A model generated the notes under the pieces. The model was not told the origin of the DNA, made no database searches, and saw nothing but the letters and a program-made list of their open reading frames with translations. Below are positions 45,460 through 58,465 of a DNA stretch of 64,000 bases, piece by piece. How positions within the stretch are numbered: position 1 is the stretch's first letter; the number at the start of each line of letters is the position of its first letter. Both the position numbers and the translations under genes were made by a program. Source of the stretch: Eledone cirrhosa (Eukaryota); contig OZ024760.1 in NCBI GenBank assembly GCA_964016885.1, positions 25,668,001 to 25,732,000 on the forward strand, read 5' to 3'.

Positions 45460-45886
45460 TAATAGTAGTAGTAGTAGTAGTACTATAAGTAGTTGTGGTT
45501 GTCGGCGTTTTAGTAGTAGTTATAGTAGTGGTAGTTGTACTAGTAGAATTAGTGGTGGTTGTCGTAGTAGTAGTAGTAATGGTGGTGGTAGTGTTGGTTG
45601 TAGTAGTAGTAGTAGTGATGGTGTTGGTTGTAGTAGTAGTAGTAGCAGTGGTGGTGCTGGTTGGTTGTAGTAGTAGTATTAGTGGTGGTGGTGAGCTTCG
45701 TCGTTTTAGTAGTAGCTATCGTAGAGGTTGTAGTAGTAGCTGTAGTAGTAATAGTAGTGGTGGTGGTGGTGGTGCTGATGGTGGTATTAGTAGTAGTAGT
45801 AGTGGTGGTGGTGCTGATAGTGGTATTAGTAGTAGTAGTGGTGGTGGTGGTGTTGACAGTGGTCATATCCGTAGTAGTGGTGGTAG

Positions 45887-45922
<36 letters not shown>

Positions 45923-46115
45923 CCAGCGGTGTTGATAGTGGTCGTAGTAGTAGCACTAGTAGTAGCACTAGTAGTAGCACTAGTAGTAGTAGTGGTGGCC
46001 ATTACTGTAATGGCTCTAGTAGTAGTAGTAGTAGTAGTAGTAGTACCAGCGGTGTTGATAGTGGTCGTAGTAGTAGCACTAGTAGTAGTAGTGGTGGCCA
46101 TTACTGTAATGGCTC

Positions 46116-46148
<33 letters not shown>

Positions 46149-46262
46149 CAGTAGCAATATTGGTAGTGGCAGCAGCAGCACCAACAGCAGCAACATCGGC
46201 AGCAGCAGCAGCAGCAGCAACAGCAGCAACACCAGCAGCAGCAGCAGCAGCAGCTGTAGTAG
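45460..46262. repeat. Mixed (TAG/TGG/CAG)n trinucleotide tract
   Basis: Direct inspection. Confidence 0.9.
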
Positions 46263-46522
46263 TGTCTGCATTCTAACTCACGCATGACAGCACGTGCTAC
46301 CGTACACATTTTACAGACCGGTGTGTGTGTGTGTCTCTGTGTGTGTATGTGTCTCTGTATGTGTGTGTGTGTGTCTCTGTATGTATGTGTGTGTATGTGT
46401 ATCTGTATGTGTGTGTGTGTGTGTGTATGTGTGTGTGTGTGTCTCTGTATGCGTGTGTGTGTGTATGTGTGCATGTTTGTACGAGTTCATGTGTGTAGGT
46501 GCGTGGGCGTTATTTTATTTGC

Positions 46523-46590
<68 letters not shown>

Positions 46591-46654
46591 AGAGATACAG
46601 AGAGAATTCTTTGTGTTTTTTATATATATATATATATATATTTAGTACATATAT

Positions 46655-46687
<33 letters not shown>

Positions 46688-46740
46688 TATTACATAAATA
46701 TATGTACATATATATATTTATTACATATATATATATATAT

Positions 46741-46934
46741 AGCGAGGGAAAAGTGGTAAGGAACCAGGTGGACCATAACGCACCAAAGTACTCAATACTT
46801 AGGGTAGTAGAGTGGGTAATAGGAGTAAGTAAGACCCCGACGGCTGAGCTCAAGCCGTTTCGACGGCTAATTCTGTACAGAATTAGCCGTCGAAACGGCT
46901 TGAGCTCAGCCGTCGGGGTCTTACTTACTCCTAT
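46741..46934. mobile_element. 116-bp palindrome plus tail, built from a hammerhead 3' half
   Basis: Palindrome 46819-46934 centred on TCTGT|ACAGA. Each strand reads GAAA CGGCT TGAGCTC AGCCG TC; ~78 nt extra tail on the left; (TA)n flanks. Confidence 0.75.
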
Positions 46935-47020
46935 ATATATATATATGTATGTATGTACATATATATACTTATTACATATAAATATATATATATATGTGTG
47001 TACATATATATATTTATTAC

Positions 47021-47057
<37 letters not shown>

Positions 47058-47108
47058 ATATTGTAATATATATATTACAGAGATGTATAGAGCGATGGAT
47101 AGATATAA

Positions 47109-47462
<354 letters not shown>

Positions 47463-47920
47463 TTGGTGTGTTTTTTTTTAGAATCTAAACACTATATGAT
47501 ATCCTGATTCCATATAGGCACCGCAAGACTGCAGCCTTCCAAATCGCCGCGACCACCACCTCTTAATATCAAACACTACTACAACACAATACAGAACAAC
47601 AAAAATCATATTCAACATTGTCTTCTCTAGCTGGTTGCTTCATTTGCTAGAAATGGCGACTAAATGCCCCTTATATCACGCCTTGCTGTCTAGTGTTTTA
47701 TGTATGAATTAAAGTAAGGAAAGCTCGACGTGGTAGCTAGAGTTTGGAGAAATAGAAGCGGCTAAATCTCACCCGAATCTCGCTAACGATGTAGAGTTCT
47801 AGGTGGTAGCTAGACCTACGAGAAATAGCAAAATAGCAGCCACATCTTCAAGTCCATCCCTATGTATACATATATACATACTCCCGGACACACCCTCGGA
47901 ACTCTCTTCCTATCCACTTT

Positions 47921-47955
47921 TCTCCTGATGAAGGGCTTATGCCCGAAACGTCGTT
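47921..47955 (+). ncRNA. Minimal hammerhead motif
   Basis: CTGATGA A GGGC TTAT GCCC GAAA CG TC. Stem II covaries with the GGAC/GTCC copies; stem I is poor. Confidence 0.6.
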
Positions 47956-48028
47956 CCCCGCCCCCCACTCTCAAAAGCGTGAACCTAATAAACTAATATT
48001 TGTACTGCCTCTCTGTTTTTGTCCCTGC

Positions 48029-48071
<43 letters not shown>

Positions 48072-48469
48072 GTGTATATGTATATGTGTATATGTGTATA
48101 TGTATATATATGTGTATATGTATATGTGTATATGTGTATATGTATATATATATGTAGATGTATATATGTATATGTGTAGATGTATATATATATGTGTAGA
48201 TGTATATATATGTATATGTATATATGTATATGGATATAAATATATATATAAATATATATATATATGCGTATAAATATATATATGTGTGTGTATATATATG
48301 TGTGTGTGTGTGTATGTATATATATGCTTGTATGTGTATATGTATATATATATATATACATATGTATATCGTATGAAATACAAATTGATGTATAACCTCT
48401 TAGATACAGGCGTATGCAGTTTTCCATGTGTCATAAAATGTAATATATTTACCTCTATAATTACATAGA

Positions 48470-49600
48470 GAGAGCTATATATATATATATAGCTCCTTGC
48501 TATATATAGTATATATATAGCTCCTTGCAATATATAGTGTATATATATATAGCTCCTTGCTATATAAATAGTATATATATAGCTCCTTGCTATATATATA
48601 CTGTATATATGTATAGCTCCTTGCTATATATATAGTATATATATAGCTCCTTGCTATATATATATACTATATATATATAGCTCCTTGCTATATATATAGT
48701 ATATATATAGCTCCTTGCTATATATATAGTATATATATATAATATATATAGCAAGGAGCTATATATAGTATATATATAGCAAGGAGCTATATATAGTATA
48801 TATATAGCTCCTTGCTATATATAGTATATATATAGCTCCTTGCTATATATATAGTATATATATAGCTCCTTGCTATATATATATAGCTCCTTGCTATATA
48901 TATAGCTCCTTGCTATATATAGTATATATATAGCTCCTTGCTATATATAGTATATATATAGCTCCTTGCTATATATAGTATATATATAGCTCCTTGCTAT
49001 ATATATATACTATATATATAGCTCCTTGCTATATATATAGTATATATATAGCTCCTTGCTATATATAGTATATATATAGCTCCTTGCTATATATATATAG
49101 TATATATGTAGCTCCTTGCTATATATATATAGTATATATATAGCTCCTTGCTATATATATATAGTATATATATATAGCTCCTTGCTATATATATAGTATA
49201 TATATAGCTCCTTGCTATATATATATATAGTATATATATAGCTCCTTGCTATATATAGTATATATATATAGCTCCTTACTATATATAGTATATATATATA
49301 GCTCCTTGCTATATATAGTATATATATATAGCTCCTTGCTATATATCCTATATATATAGCTCCTTGCTATATATATATATAGTATATATATAGCTCCTTG
49401 CTATATATATAGTATATATAGCTCCTTGCTATATATAGTATATATATAGCTCCTTGCTATATATAGTATATACATAGCTCCTTGCTATATATAGTATATA
49501 TATAGCTCCTTGCTATATATATATATAGTATATATATAGTTCCTTGCTATATATAGTATATATATAGCTCCTTGCTATATATATATAGTATATATATAGC
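48470..49600. repeat. (TA)n minisatellite punctuated by GCTCCTTGC
   Basis: Unit ~TATATAGCTCCTTGCTATATATAG; two inverted units at ~48745-48795. Confidence 0.95.
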
Positions 49601-49943
49601 TGTAACAGACATTATGAATCCAATTCTCTAACCACTCAGCCACGCGCCTTCACTATATATATATGTGTGTGTGTTTGTGTGTGTGTATATAGATATATAT
49701 GTGTATGTATATATATGTGTCTATATATATATATGTGTATATATATATATGTGTATGTATATATATGCGTGTATATATATGTTTGTGTTTGTATATATAT
49801 ATGTATATATATATATATGTATATATATGTGTATATACATATGTGTGTATATGTATATATATATATGTGTATATATATATATATATATGTGTGTCTATAT
49901 ATATGTGTGTGTGTATATATATATATGTGTGTGTATATATGTG

Positions 49944-49976
<33 letters not shown>

Positions 49977-50050
49977 ATATGTGTATATATATACTCTTTT
50001 ACTCCTTTACCTGTTTCAGCCATCCAGCTGAGGCCATGCTGGGGCACCGC

Positions 50051-50104
<54 letters not shown>

Positions 50105-50439
50105 ATATATGTGTATATATATATACATATATATATATCCGTGTCGGTTTGTGTGTTTAAGTGTAAGGGAGGGAAATATTGGCGAGGGACATCAAAAGGG
50201 ACCTCTAGATGGTAACTTGATAGAATAATAGAAATGGTAACCAAATCTTCCTCAAACAACACTCTACGAAATGGGATATACAATTATATGGTTAAAATAG
50301 GGGATGGTCTTGAGCGGAACGACTTCGATTATAGATCTGATCGATTGTGAGTGATTTGGATCTGCTACAACTGTCTGAAGGACTTAACAGGAGACTTCTT
50401 TTGCCCTTGATCCTAGGGCTACCTCCCTTCACACCAGCA

Positions 50440-50865
50440 TAGGCCCTGAGCTTGCCAGTCGCAGGGGTGAGCCTCGCCAGATGGAATGGCTCTTCCAACG
50501 CATCTCCATTTGGTCCGCCGGGACTGTGGAGCGGCCAACACATGGGACCCCATTTGCTCACAATACAGAGAGATGGGTTGGACGAGAGAGAGAGATGGAG
50601 GCGATGACAGTGGGAGTTTGGCTCTTCTGTGTTCGGACAGTGGGAGTTTTGACTCTTCTGTGTTCGGACAGTGGGAGTTTGGCTCTTCTGTGTTCGGACA
50701 GTGGGAGTTTGACTCTTCTGTGTTCGGACAGTGGGAGTTTGACTCTTCTGTGTTCGGACAGTGGGAGTTTTGACTCTTCTGTGTTCGGACAGTGGGAGTT
50801 TGGCTCTTCTGTGTTCGGACAGTGGGAGTTTGACTCTTCTGTGTTCGGAGAGTGGGAGTTCGGAC
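50440..50865. mobile_element. Dispersed repeat with an internal 30-31 bp tandem array
   Basis: Homologous to ~60790-61090; array GACAGTGGGAGTTTGACTCTTCTGTGTTCG, ~8 copies. Confidence 0.7.
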
Positions 50866-50936
50866 ACATTGCTTCTCTCATATGGATCATGCGATATCTT
50901 TCTAGAAATCTGTAGCTCAACAATTACATTATTATT

Positions 50937-52700
50937 CGCCGAGGTTAACTTTGCTTTTCATCCTTACGGGGACGATAAAATAAAGTACCAGTAATACACT
51001 GGGATAATTGCTGGCCTTGTGCCAAAAGTAGAAACAATTATTTGATAACAAAGGCAGTGGATTGGCAGTATCGGTAGAGAGCCGGACACCATGCTTTGAA
51101 GCATAGAGTTATGTCTCTTTATGATCTGAGTTCAAATCCCGTCGAGGTTAACTTTGCCTTTCATCATTACGGGGTCGATAAAATAAAGTATCAGTAATGT
51201 ACTGGGTAATTTACTGGCTTTTTGCCAAAAATAGAAACAATTATTTGATAACAAAAGCCTAGTGTGCTGAATATGGTTCTTTAAGTTCTGAGTTGAAGTC
51301 CCGCCAGGGTCAACTTTGGTTTTCACCCTTCTGGGGGTCGTAAAAATGAAATACCAGTCAAGTACTAGGGTCGAGATAATCGACGACTTTACTTCCTGGC
51401 CTTAGAATTAGAAATCTTTATACTGTTTGCGGCTGAGTATTCCTTCCGGTTGAGTTATCTTCCCTTGATATAAAACCAGCGTGGAAGATGTTCCAGCTAC
51501 ATTGCTCTATGTGGTGTTTCTCCGAATTGCTGACCTTGTGCCTAAATTAGAAAACATTATTACTGGTGGATTGGAAGAATCAGTAGAGTATCGGACGCCA
51601 TGCCTTGCAGCATAGAGTTACGGCCCTTTATGATATGAGTTCAAATCCCGCCGAGGTTAGCTTTGCCTTTCATCCCTACAGGATCGATAAAATAAAGTAC
51701 CAGTAATGCACTGGGATAATTGCTGGCCTTGTGCCAAAAGTAGAAACAATTATTTCTGTTCCTAGGGCGTTGCATTGGCCGTAATCGGTATGCTTTGCGG
51801 CAAGCAGTTACGTCCCTTTACGTTCGGAGTTCAAATCCCGCCGAGGTTAGCTTTTCCTTTCATCCTTACTGGGTCGATAAAATAAAGTACCAGTCACGCA
51901 CTGGGGTCGATTTAATCAACTCCCCCCCCCCCCCCAAAAAAAATATGCTGGCCTTGTGCTAATATCATAAACCCTTACTATCAACATGATCATGATTTTC
52001 GGCAGTGGTGGTTTGGCAGTGTCGGTAGAGCATCAGGCAGCGTGCTTCATAGTCATTGCCCCCTGTTACTGCATCAGGTGATGGTTGTACCATTTTACCT
52101 CCGTTTTCAGGCCATAAAATCTGCTTAATTGCCCGGTATAAGTATTACCCCACTCTATCCTACCTAGTTTTATATTACTGGTCAGCTAATACATTGCAGC
52201 CTGAAACCAGGTGGTCAATGGCCTCAACCTGCTCATAACAGAATCAACACTTCTTATTATTACAATTAAATGACGGGCGGTAGATTGGCAGTATCGGTTG
52301 AGGGTTGGACGCCATACTTTGCAGCATAGAAATACAGCCCTTGATGATCTGAGTTCAAATTCCGACGAGGTTAACATTGCCTTTCAACTTTACGGGGTCA
52401 ATAAAATAGAGTACCAGTAATGCACTGGGTTATTGCTGGTCTTGTGCCAAAAGTGGAAACAATTACTACAATTAAATGACGGGCGATAGATTGGCAGTAT
52501 CGGTAGAGGGTCGGACGCCATGCTTGGCAGCTGAGATTTTCGGCCATTTACGTTCTGAGTTCAAATCCCGCTGAGGTTAACTTTACCTTTCATCCTTACG
52601 GGGGTCGATAAAATAAAGTACCAGTCACGTACTGGGGTCGATTTAATCGACTTCCCCTCCCATCAAATTGCTGGCCTTATGCCTATATAAGAAACCATAA
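50937..52700 (+). mobile_element. Cluster of about 7 co-oriented Nin/Deu-domain SINE copies
   Basis: Repeated GTTCAAATCCCGCCGAGGTTA.CTTTGCCTTTCATCC cores. More copies at ~55575-55790 (-), 57720-57905 (+), 62638-62810 (+) and 62815-62987 (-). Confidence 0.85.
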
Positions 52701-52888
52701 TTATAATTAAATGTTATCTTCATCATTACACAGTGTTGATGTTAATTACCGATATTTTTCTTCTTACCATTAGGCTTCATCTCAGAATTAAGATAAGATT
52801 TGCTCTTTACTCTACTAGGTAGCATTCATCACTTGTCTAATTATTCTGGCAGAGCCAAGTAGACATGCCTTTTCTACGGGCTCTATAC

Positions 52889-54032
52889 TAGGGGTGTGCA
52901 ACATATTCCGTTGGCGGGCCACTTTTGAAAATCGGAATAACTATTAGGGCCATTAATATTTATTAAGCACTATTCCAAAGATTCACCACAACTTCTTTCC
53001 ATAACATTGAACTGGGAAACTATAACTCATATAACCCTATTAGTGAAGCCCTTTAGTGTAGGTCAACTGGGAAACTATAACACACATAACCCTATCAGTG
53101 AAGCCCTTTAGTATAGGTCAACTGGGAAATTATAACACACACAACCCTATCAGTGAAGCCCTTTAGTATAGGTCAACTGGGAAATTATAACACACATAAC
53201 CCTAAAAGTGAAGCCCTTTAGTATAGGTCAACTGGGAAATTATAACACACACAACCCTATCAGTGAAGCCCTTTAGTATAGGTCAACTGGGAAATTATAA
53301 CACACACAACCCTATCAGTGAAGCTCTTTAGTATAGGTCAACTGGGAAATTATAACACACATAACCCTATCAGTGAAGCCCTTTAGTATAGGTCAACTGG
53401 GAAATTATAACACACACAACCCTATCAGTGAAGCTCTTTAGTATAGGTCAACTGGGAAATTATAACACACACAACCCTATCAGTGAAGCTCTTTAGTATA
53501 GGTCAACTGGGAAATTATAACACACACAACCCTATCAGTGAAGCTCTTTAGTATAGGTCAACTGGGAAATTATAACACACACAACCCTATCAGTGAAGCT
53601 CTTTAGTATAGGTCAACTGGGAAATTATAACACACATAACCCTATCAGTGAAGCCCTTTAGTATAGGTCAACTGGGAAATTATAACACACATAACCCTAT
53701 CAGTGAAGCTCTTTAGTATAGGTCAACTGGGAAATTATAACACACACAACCCTATCAGTGAAGCTCTTTAGTATAGGTCAACTGGGAAATTATAACACAC
53801 ATAACCCTATCAGTGAAGCCCTTTAGTATAGGTCAACTGGGAAATTATAACACACACAACCCTATCAGTGAAGTCCTTTAGTATAGGTCAACTAACAGAA
53901 AATTGTATTACGGTTACGAAAAGAATTCTAAATAAGCCTACAAGGTAAAAGTTTAAAACGGCCATCGCGGGCCTCTCTGACTGGACTGGTGGGCCGGATT
54001 GTGGCCCGCGGGCCGCCTGTTGCACGCTCCTG
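52889..54032. mobile_element. Non-autonomous hAT (Charlie/Buster-like) MITE
   Basis: TIRs TAGGGGTGTGCAAC / GTTGCACGCTCCTG, subterminal GGCCCGCGGGCC, 8-bp TSD CTCTATAC / CTCTATGC. Confidence 0.85.
53010..53893. repeat. 55-bp tandem array inside the hAT MITE
   Basis: Unit AACTGGGAAATTATAACACACACAACCCTATCAGTGAAGCCCTTTAGTATAGGTC, ~16 copies. Confidence 0.95.
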
Positions 54033-54562
54033 CTCTATGCCAAGATCAAATACAATTTCATGCAAATATTTTGTAAGAGTGTCTTTACACATTCCAGGTC
54101 CCCTATAATTACTGGTACCAATATTAGCTTATTTACTTCACCGCTCCATACATTCAGAACTTCATATTTGAAATCGTTATAGTAGTTTTTCTTTTCTATA
54201 TCTTATATTCTCGAGACAAAAGGTCCACATCTCTAATAAAACATTTCTTTTCTTTCTTGTGTATCAGTACTATTTCCGGTTTGTTGTGATCAATCTTTGT
54301 TTCCTGTTCTATTGTAAAATCCCACAGAATTTTCCAGCACTTTTATCTTTTTGTTACAAAGTAGTCATACCACTTCCCTTTACAGTTGAACCCAAAATGT
54401 TTAGATAATCGCCAATGTATTATTGCTGCCAATTATTATTATTACACAAAACACCAGCATCAACAGAGATGACAACATGAATAGACCTGTTATTTTTCTC
54501 TAAAAACATTTTTTCCGATTCCACCCCACATATCCCTTCGATCTCTCTAATTTATCATTCTT

Positions 54563-54598
54563 TCTTCTGATGAAGGACTAGCGTCCGAAAGGTTAAGA
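54563..54598 (+). ncRNA. Minimal hammerhead motif (GGAC/GTCC family)
   Basis: TCTT CTGATGA A GGAC TAGC GTCC GAAA GGTT AAGA. Confidence 0.7.
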
Positions 54599-55899
54599 CC
54601 CCCCTTCCTGCTATTTCAATCGTTAACCTAATATATTCCTTCCATATACTGGGTCTCCTGCTAGTTGGTTTTGCTCATAAAATCTTTCCAGCGATTCCTT
54701 CCTGAGATATTCTAACCACGGAGCTGTGATTTCTCAATTTGGAGATTTAGCGGCTCTACCTGGAGCGACCCTCTGCTCTCCGAGCTACAAATCTGTCCAG
54801 TGATTCTTCCCTGGGACATTCTAACAACATGTCTGTAATATCGGAGCTGTGATCTACCAATTCAGAGAAATTCAGAGAAATAGTGGCTCTACCTAGATGT
54901 TTCTATTGTATTACATATTTAATTTATTAGTACTTTTTTTTAATATTTTTGTTTGTTTCATTATCATATATATTTTTTCTTCTCTACTACGTGTTCCAGC
55001 CGACAAGTTGAGGCCATGCTGGGGCACCGCTATTATGTATTTTTATACATATCATATATTTTATTTTTAGTTTATTTTATTTTGTTATATATATATTTTT
55101 TTATTGTATTGTCTTATATAGTCTACTATATTGTCTTAAATATGTTTAATTCTTATAATTAGACTTTTACTAATAACTAATAGTAATACTTTCTTAACCA
55201 GCCATATCCGGCCAGGCTTCTCTCACCTCTTTCTGTTCAAATGGGCTGTAACAGTCCACTCATACTGATGTTAAGGTATTGTTCTCAAAATAAATAATAA
55301 CAAATTCTCATATATTTGATATTATCTGAGATATTATGAGATAGTCTTTACCGTGAAAATACAATAGTAAATATAGAGTAATGTAAATGGTAAAGGGTTA
55401 AATAAATAAACGAATATGCTACATTGCCGGTCCCGGTAAAATAGACAAACATGCTTTTGAAGCTCATTTTACCGGTAAATATAAATAGTGTTAGTGTTGG
55501 GTTTGGGTCAAGGTTAGGGTTTAAATTGTCTTAATAATTGTGTTGTTATTTTTAACATTACCTGCCTTCATAATAATGGTTTCTGATTTAGGCACAAGGC
55601 CAGCAATTTGGGGAGAGGGGAAAGTCAATTAAATCGACCCAGTGCGTTACTGGTACTTTATTTTATCGACCCCCGTAAGGATGAAAGGCAAAGTTAACCT
55701 CGGTGCCATTTGAACTCGGGCCATAAGCGGCTGCAACTCTATGCTATAAAGCATGGTGTATGATACTCTTACCGGCAAAATAGCCTCTTCCATAAATAAC
55801 ATAAATATATTTTTATTGATATTATACTTAAATGAATAAATAAATTGATTTATTTATTAAATATTTTTTATTAATTTATCAGCTAAGCTCAGGGATGTT

Positions 55900-57435
55900 A
55901 TCCAACCATCTTACTCTGGGGTCTACCACTGGGTCTCCTGGTGGTTGGTTTTGCCCGTAAAATCTGTTTTGCGATTCTTTTCTGAGACATTCTAACCACA
56001 TGTCCATAGTATCAGAGCTATGATCTCTCAATTGGGAGAAGTAGCAGCTCTACCTGGAGTGACTCTCTGATCTCTGAGCTACAAATCACTCCAGCGATTC
56101 TTTCCTGAGACATTCTAACCCCATACCTTATTATATCGGTGCTGCGATCTCTCAATTCTGAGAAGTAGCAGCTCTACCTGGAGTGACTCTCTGATCTCTG
56201 AACTACAAATCACTCCAGCGATTCTTTCCTGAGACATTCTAACCCCATACCTTATTATATCGGTGCTGCGATCTCTCAATTCTGAGAAGTAGCAGCTCTA
56301 CCTGGAGTGACTCTCTGAGCTACAAATCACTCCAGCGATTCTTTCCTGAGACATTCTAACCCCATACCTTATTATATCGAAGATGTGGTCTCTCAATTCT
56401 GAGAAGTAGCAGCTCTACCTGGAGTGACTCTCTGATCTCTGAACTACAAATCACTCCAGCGATTCTTTCCTGAGACATTCTAACCCCATACCTTATTATA
56501 TCGGTGCTGCGATCTCTCAATTCTGAGAAGTAGCAGCTCTACCTGGAGTGACTCTCTGATCTCTGAGCTACAAATCACTCCAGCGATTCTTTCCTGAGAC
56601 ATTCTAACCCCATACCTTATTATATCGGTGCTGCGATCTCTCAATTCTGAGAAGTAGCAGCTCTACCTGGAGTGACTCTCTGATCTCTGAGCTACAAATC
56701 ACTCCAACGATTCTTTCCTGAGACATTCTAACCCCATACCTTATTATATCGAAGCTGTGGTCTCTCAATTCTGAGAAGTAGCAGCTCTACCTGGAGTGAC
56801 TCTCTGATCTCTGAACTACAAATCACTCCAGCGATTCTTTCCTGAGACATTCTAACCCCATACCTTATTACATCGAAGCTGTGGTCTCTCAATTCTGAGA
56901 AGTAGCAGCTCTACCTGGAGTGACTCTCCGAGTTACAAATCTGTCCAATGGTTCTTTTCTAAGACATTCTAAGCACATGTCCATAGTATCGAAGCTGTGA
57001 TTTCTCAATTCAGAGAAATAGTGGCTCTAGCTGGAGTGATTCTCTGATCTCCGAGTTATAAATCTGTCCAGTGATTCTTTCCTAAAACATTCTAACCCCA
57101 TGCCCATAGTATCGAAGCTGTGATCTCTCAATTCAGGAAAAGAGTGAATCAATCTGGAGTGACTCTCTGATCGCCGAACTACGCACTCTATCGAGTAACG
57201 TTATTCCAAAGACCCAATATCTACCCCTGGGTCTCCTACCGGTTTCTTTTGCTCCTTAAGATCTGTTCAGCGATTCTTTCCTTAGATATTCTAACCGCAT
57301 GCCTTGTAATATCGGAGATGTGATCTCGCTTGGGGGATCCTGTAGCTGAATCAATTGGAGAGGGTTGCTTCTGACAGGACCTGCTAGAAGTTTTGGGGGA
57401 CTCTGCCTCCACCACGACCATCTCAGAAGAAGAAG
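55900..57435. repeat. ~124-bp tandem array derived from RTE LINE coding sequence, with RTE remnants at its edges
   Basis: The unit contains GATTCTTTCCTGAGACATTCTAACC, shared with the RTE remnant at 10612-10882; ~10 copies; two more units at ~54680-54900. Confidence 0.85.
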
Positions 57436-57991
57436 AATTCTATTGATATTATGCTAAAATGACCCAAATTTCCTATCGTAATATTACAATTCCCGTCACA
57501 TGTTAGTTATACCTCTTCTTTTTAAAGTTCCGTTTTCAATTCTCACTTCAACTAATAATTTCACACTTCGTTGCAGTGATGGCAGTAGTCGTAAAGCAGA
57601 TACCAGTGAAATACTGGGGTTAATTTAATAGTTTGAATCATCTTTTCAAAGGTTTTTGCTTACCTCAATTTTAGTATTATTTACTTCCTACTAAAAAAAT
57701 CATTGATACTTTCCCTTTAGGATTGGCACTATCGGTAGAAGGTCAGATACCATGCTTTGCAGCTTAGAGTTATGACCCTCTACGGTCTGAGTTCAAATCC
57801 CACTGAGGTTAACTTTGCCTTTTATTCTTACGGGGGTCGATAAAATAAAGTACCAGTAATACACTGGGATAATTGCTGGCCTTGTACCAAAAGTAGAAAC
57901 AATTCACACTTTCTCTTTCTTTCCCCTTCTACTATCTCTCTTTTCTTTCTCTCTATATCTTTTTCTAAATATATATATATATATATATATA

Positions 57992-58237
57992 TATCACAGA
58001 TAAAAGAGAATCAGTGTTGCGACGAAAGGAATTTATTGGACATATTACAATTGATTCTCGGGCGATCAGATCCAGGCACGATCGATGTGGTGATCAAACC
58101 TGACTCTGAAATCGCGCGCTCCTCGGATACGTCGTAACACTGATTCTCTTTTTTCTGTGATATCATACTCTGCCCTATGAGAGCATCGAGTGCTCATACA
58201 GCCTAACGTATGCGGACTCTTTAAGCATCACAACACC

Positions 58238-58240
<3 letters not shown>
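57992..58240. mobile_element. Asymmetric inverted-repeat element with a degenerate hammerhead
   Basis: IRs ~57992-58024 and ~58130-58162. HHR(-) 58042-58130: GTAT CCGAGGA GCGCGCGAT..ATCGCCCGA GAAT CAATTG TA ATAT; tail to 58240; (TA)n flanks. Confidence 0.6.
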
Positions 58241-58293
<53 letters not shown>

Positions 58294-58299
58294 TATCCA

Positions 58300-58311
58300 A
58301 CTCTCTCTCTA

Positions 58312-58354
<43 letters not shown>

Positions 58355-58377
58355 ATCTCTATCTCTCACTCTCTCTC

Positions 58378-58408
<31 letters not shown>

Positions 58409-58413
58409 ATCTA

Positions 58414-58465
<52 letters not shown>

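Larger units (their letters stand above)
52816..54435 (-). mobile_element. R4/Dong-like non-LTR retrotransposon 3' remnant (restriction-like endonuclease region), split by a MITE
   Basis: Minus translations LAAIIHWRLSKHFG..KWY, KILWDFTIEQETKIDHNKPEIVLIHKKEKKCFIRDV, LVPVIIG and C-terminal VEKACLLGSARIIRQV; frameshifted. Confidence 0.8.

Noticed and set aside
53010-53893. CRISPR-like regular arrays (also the 45-, 100- and 124-bp arrays)
   Set aside because: Units are contiguous with no unique spacers, there are no cas genes, and the context is eukaryotic.
55485-55525. Telomere-like TTAGGG variants
   Set aside because: Only one exact unit in a short degenerate run.
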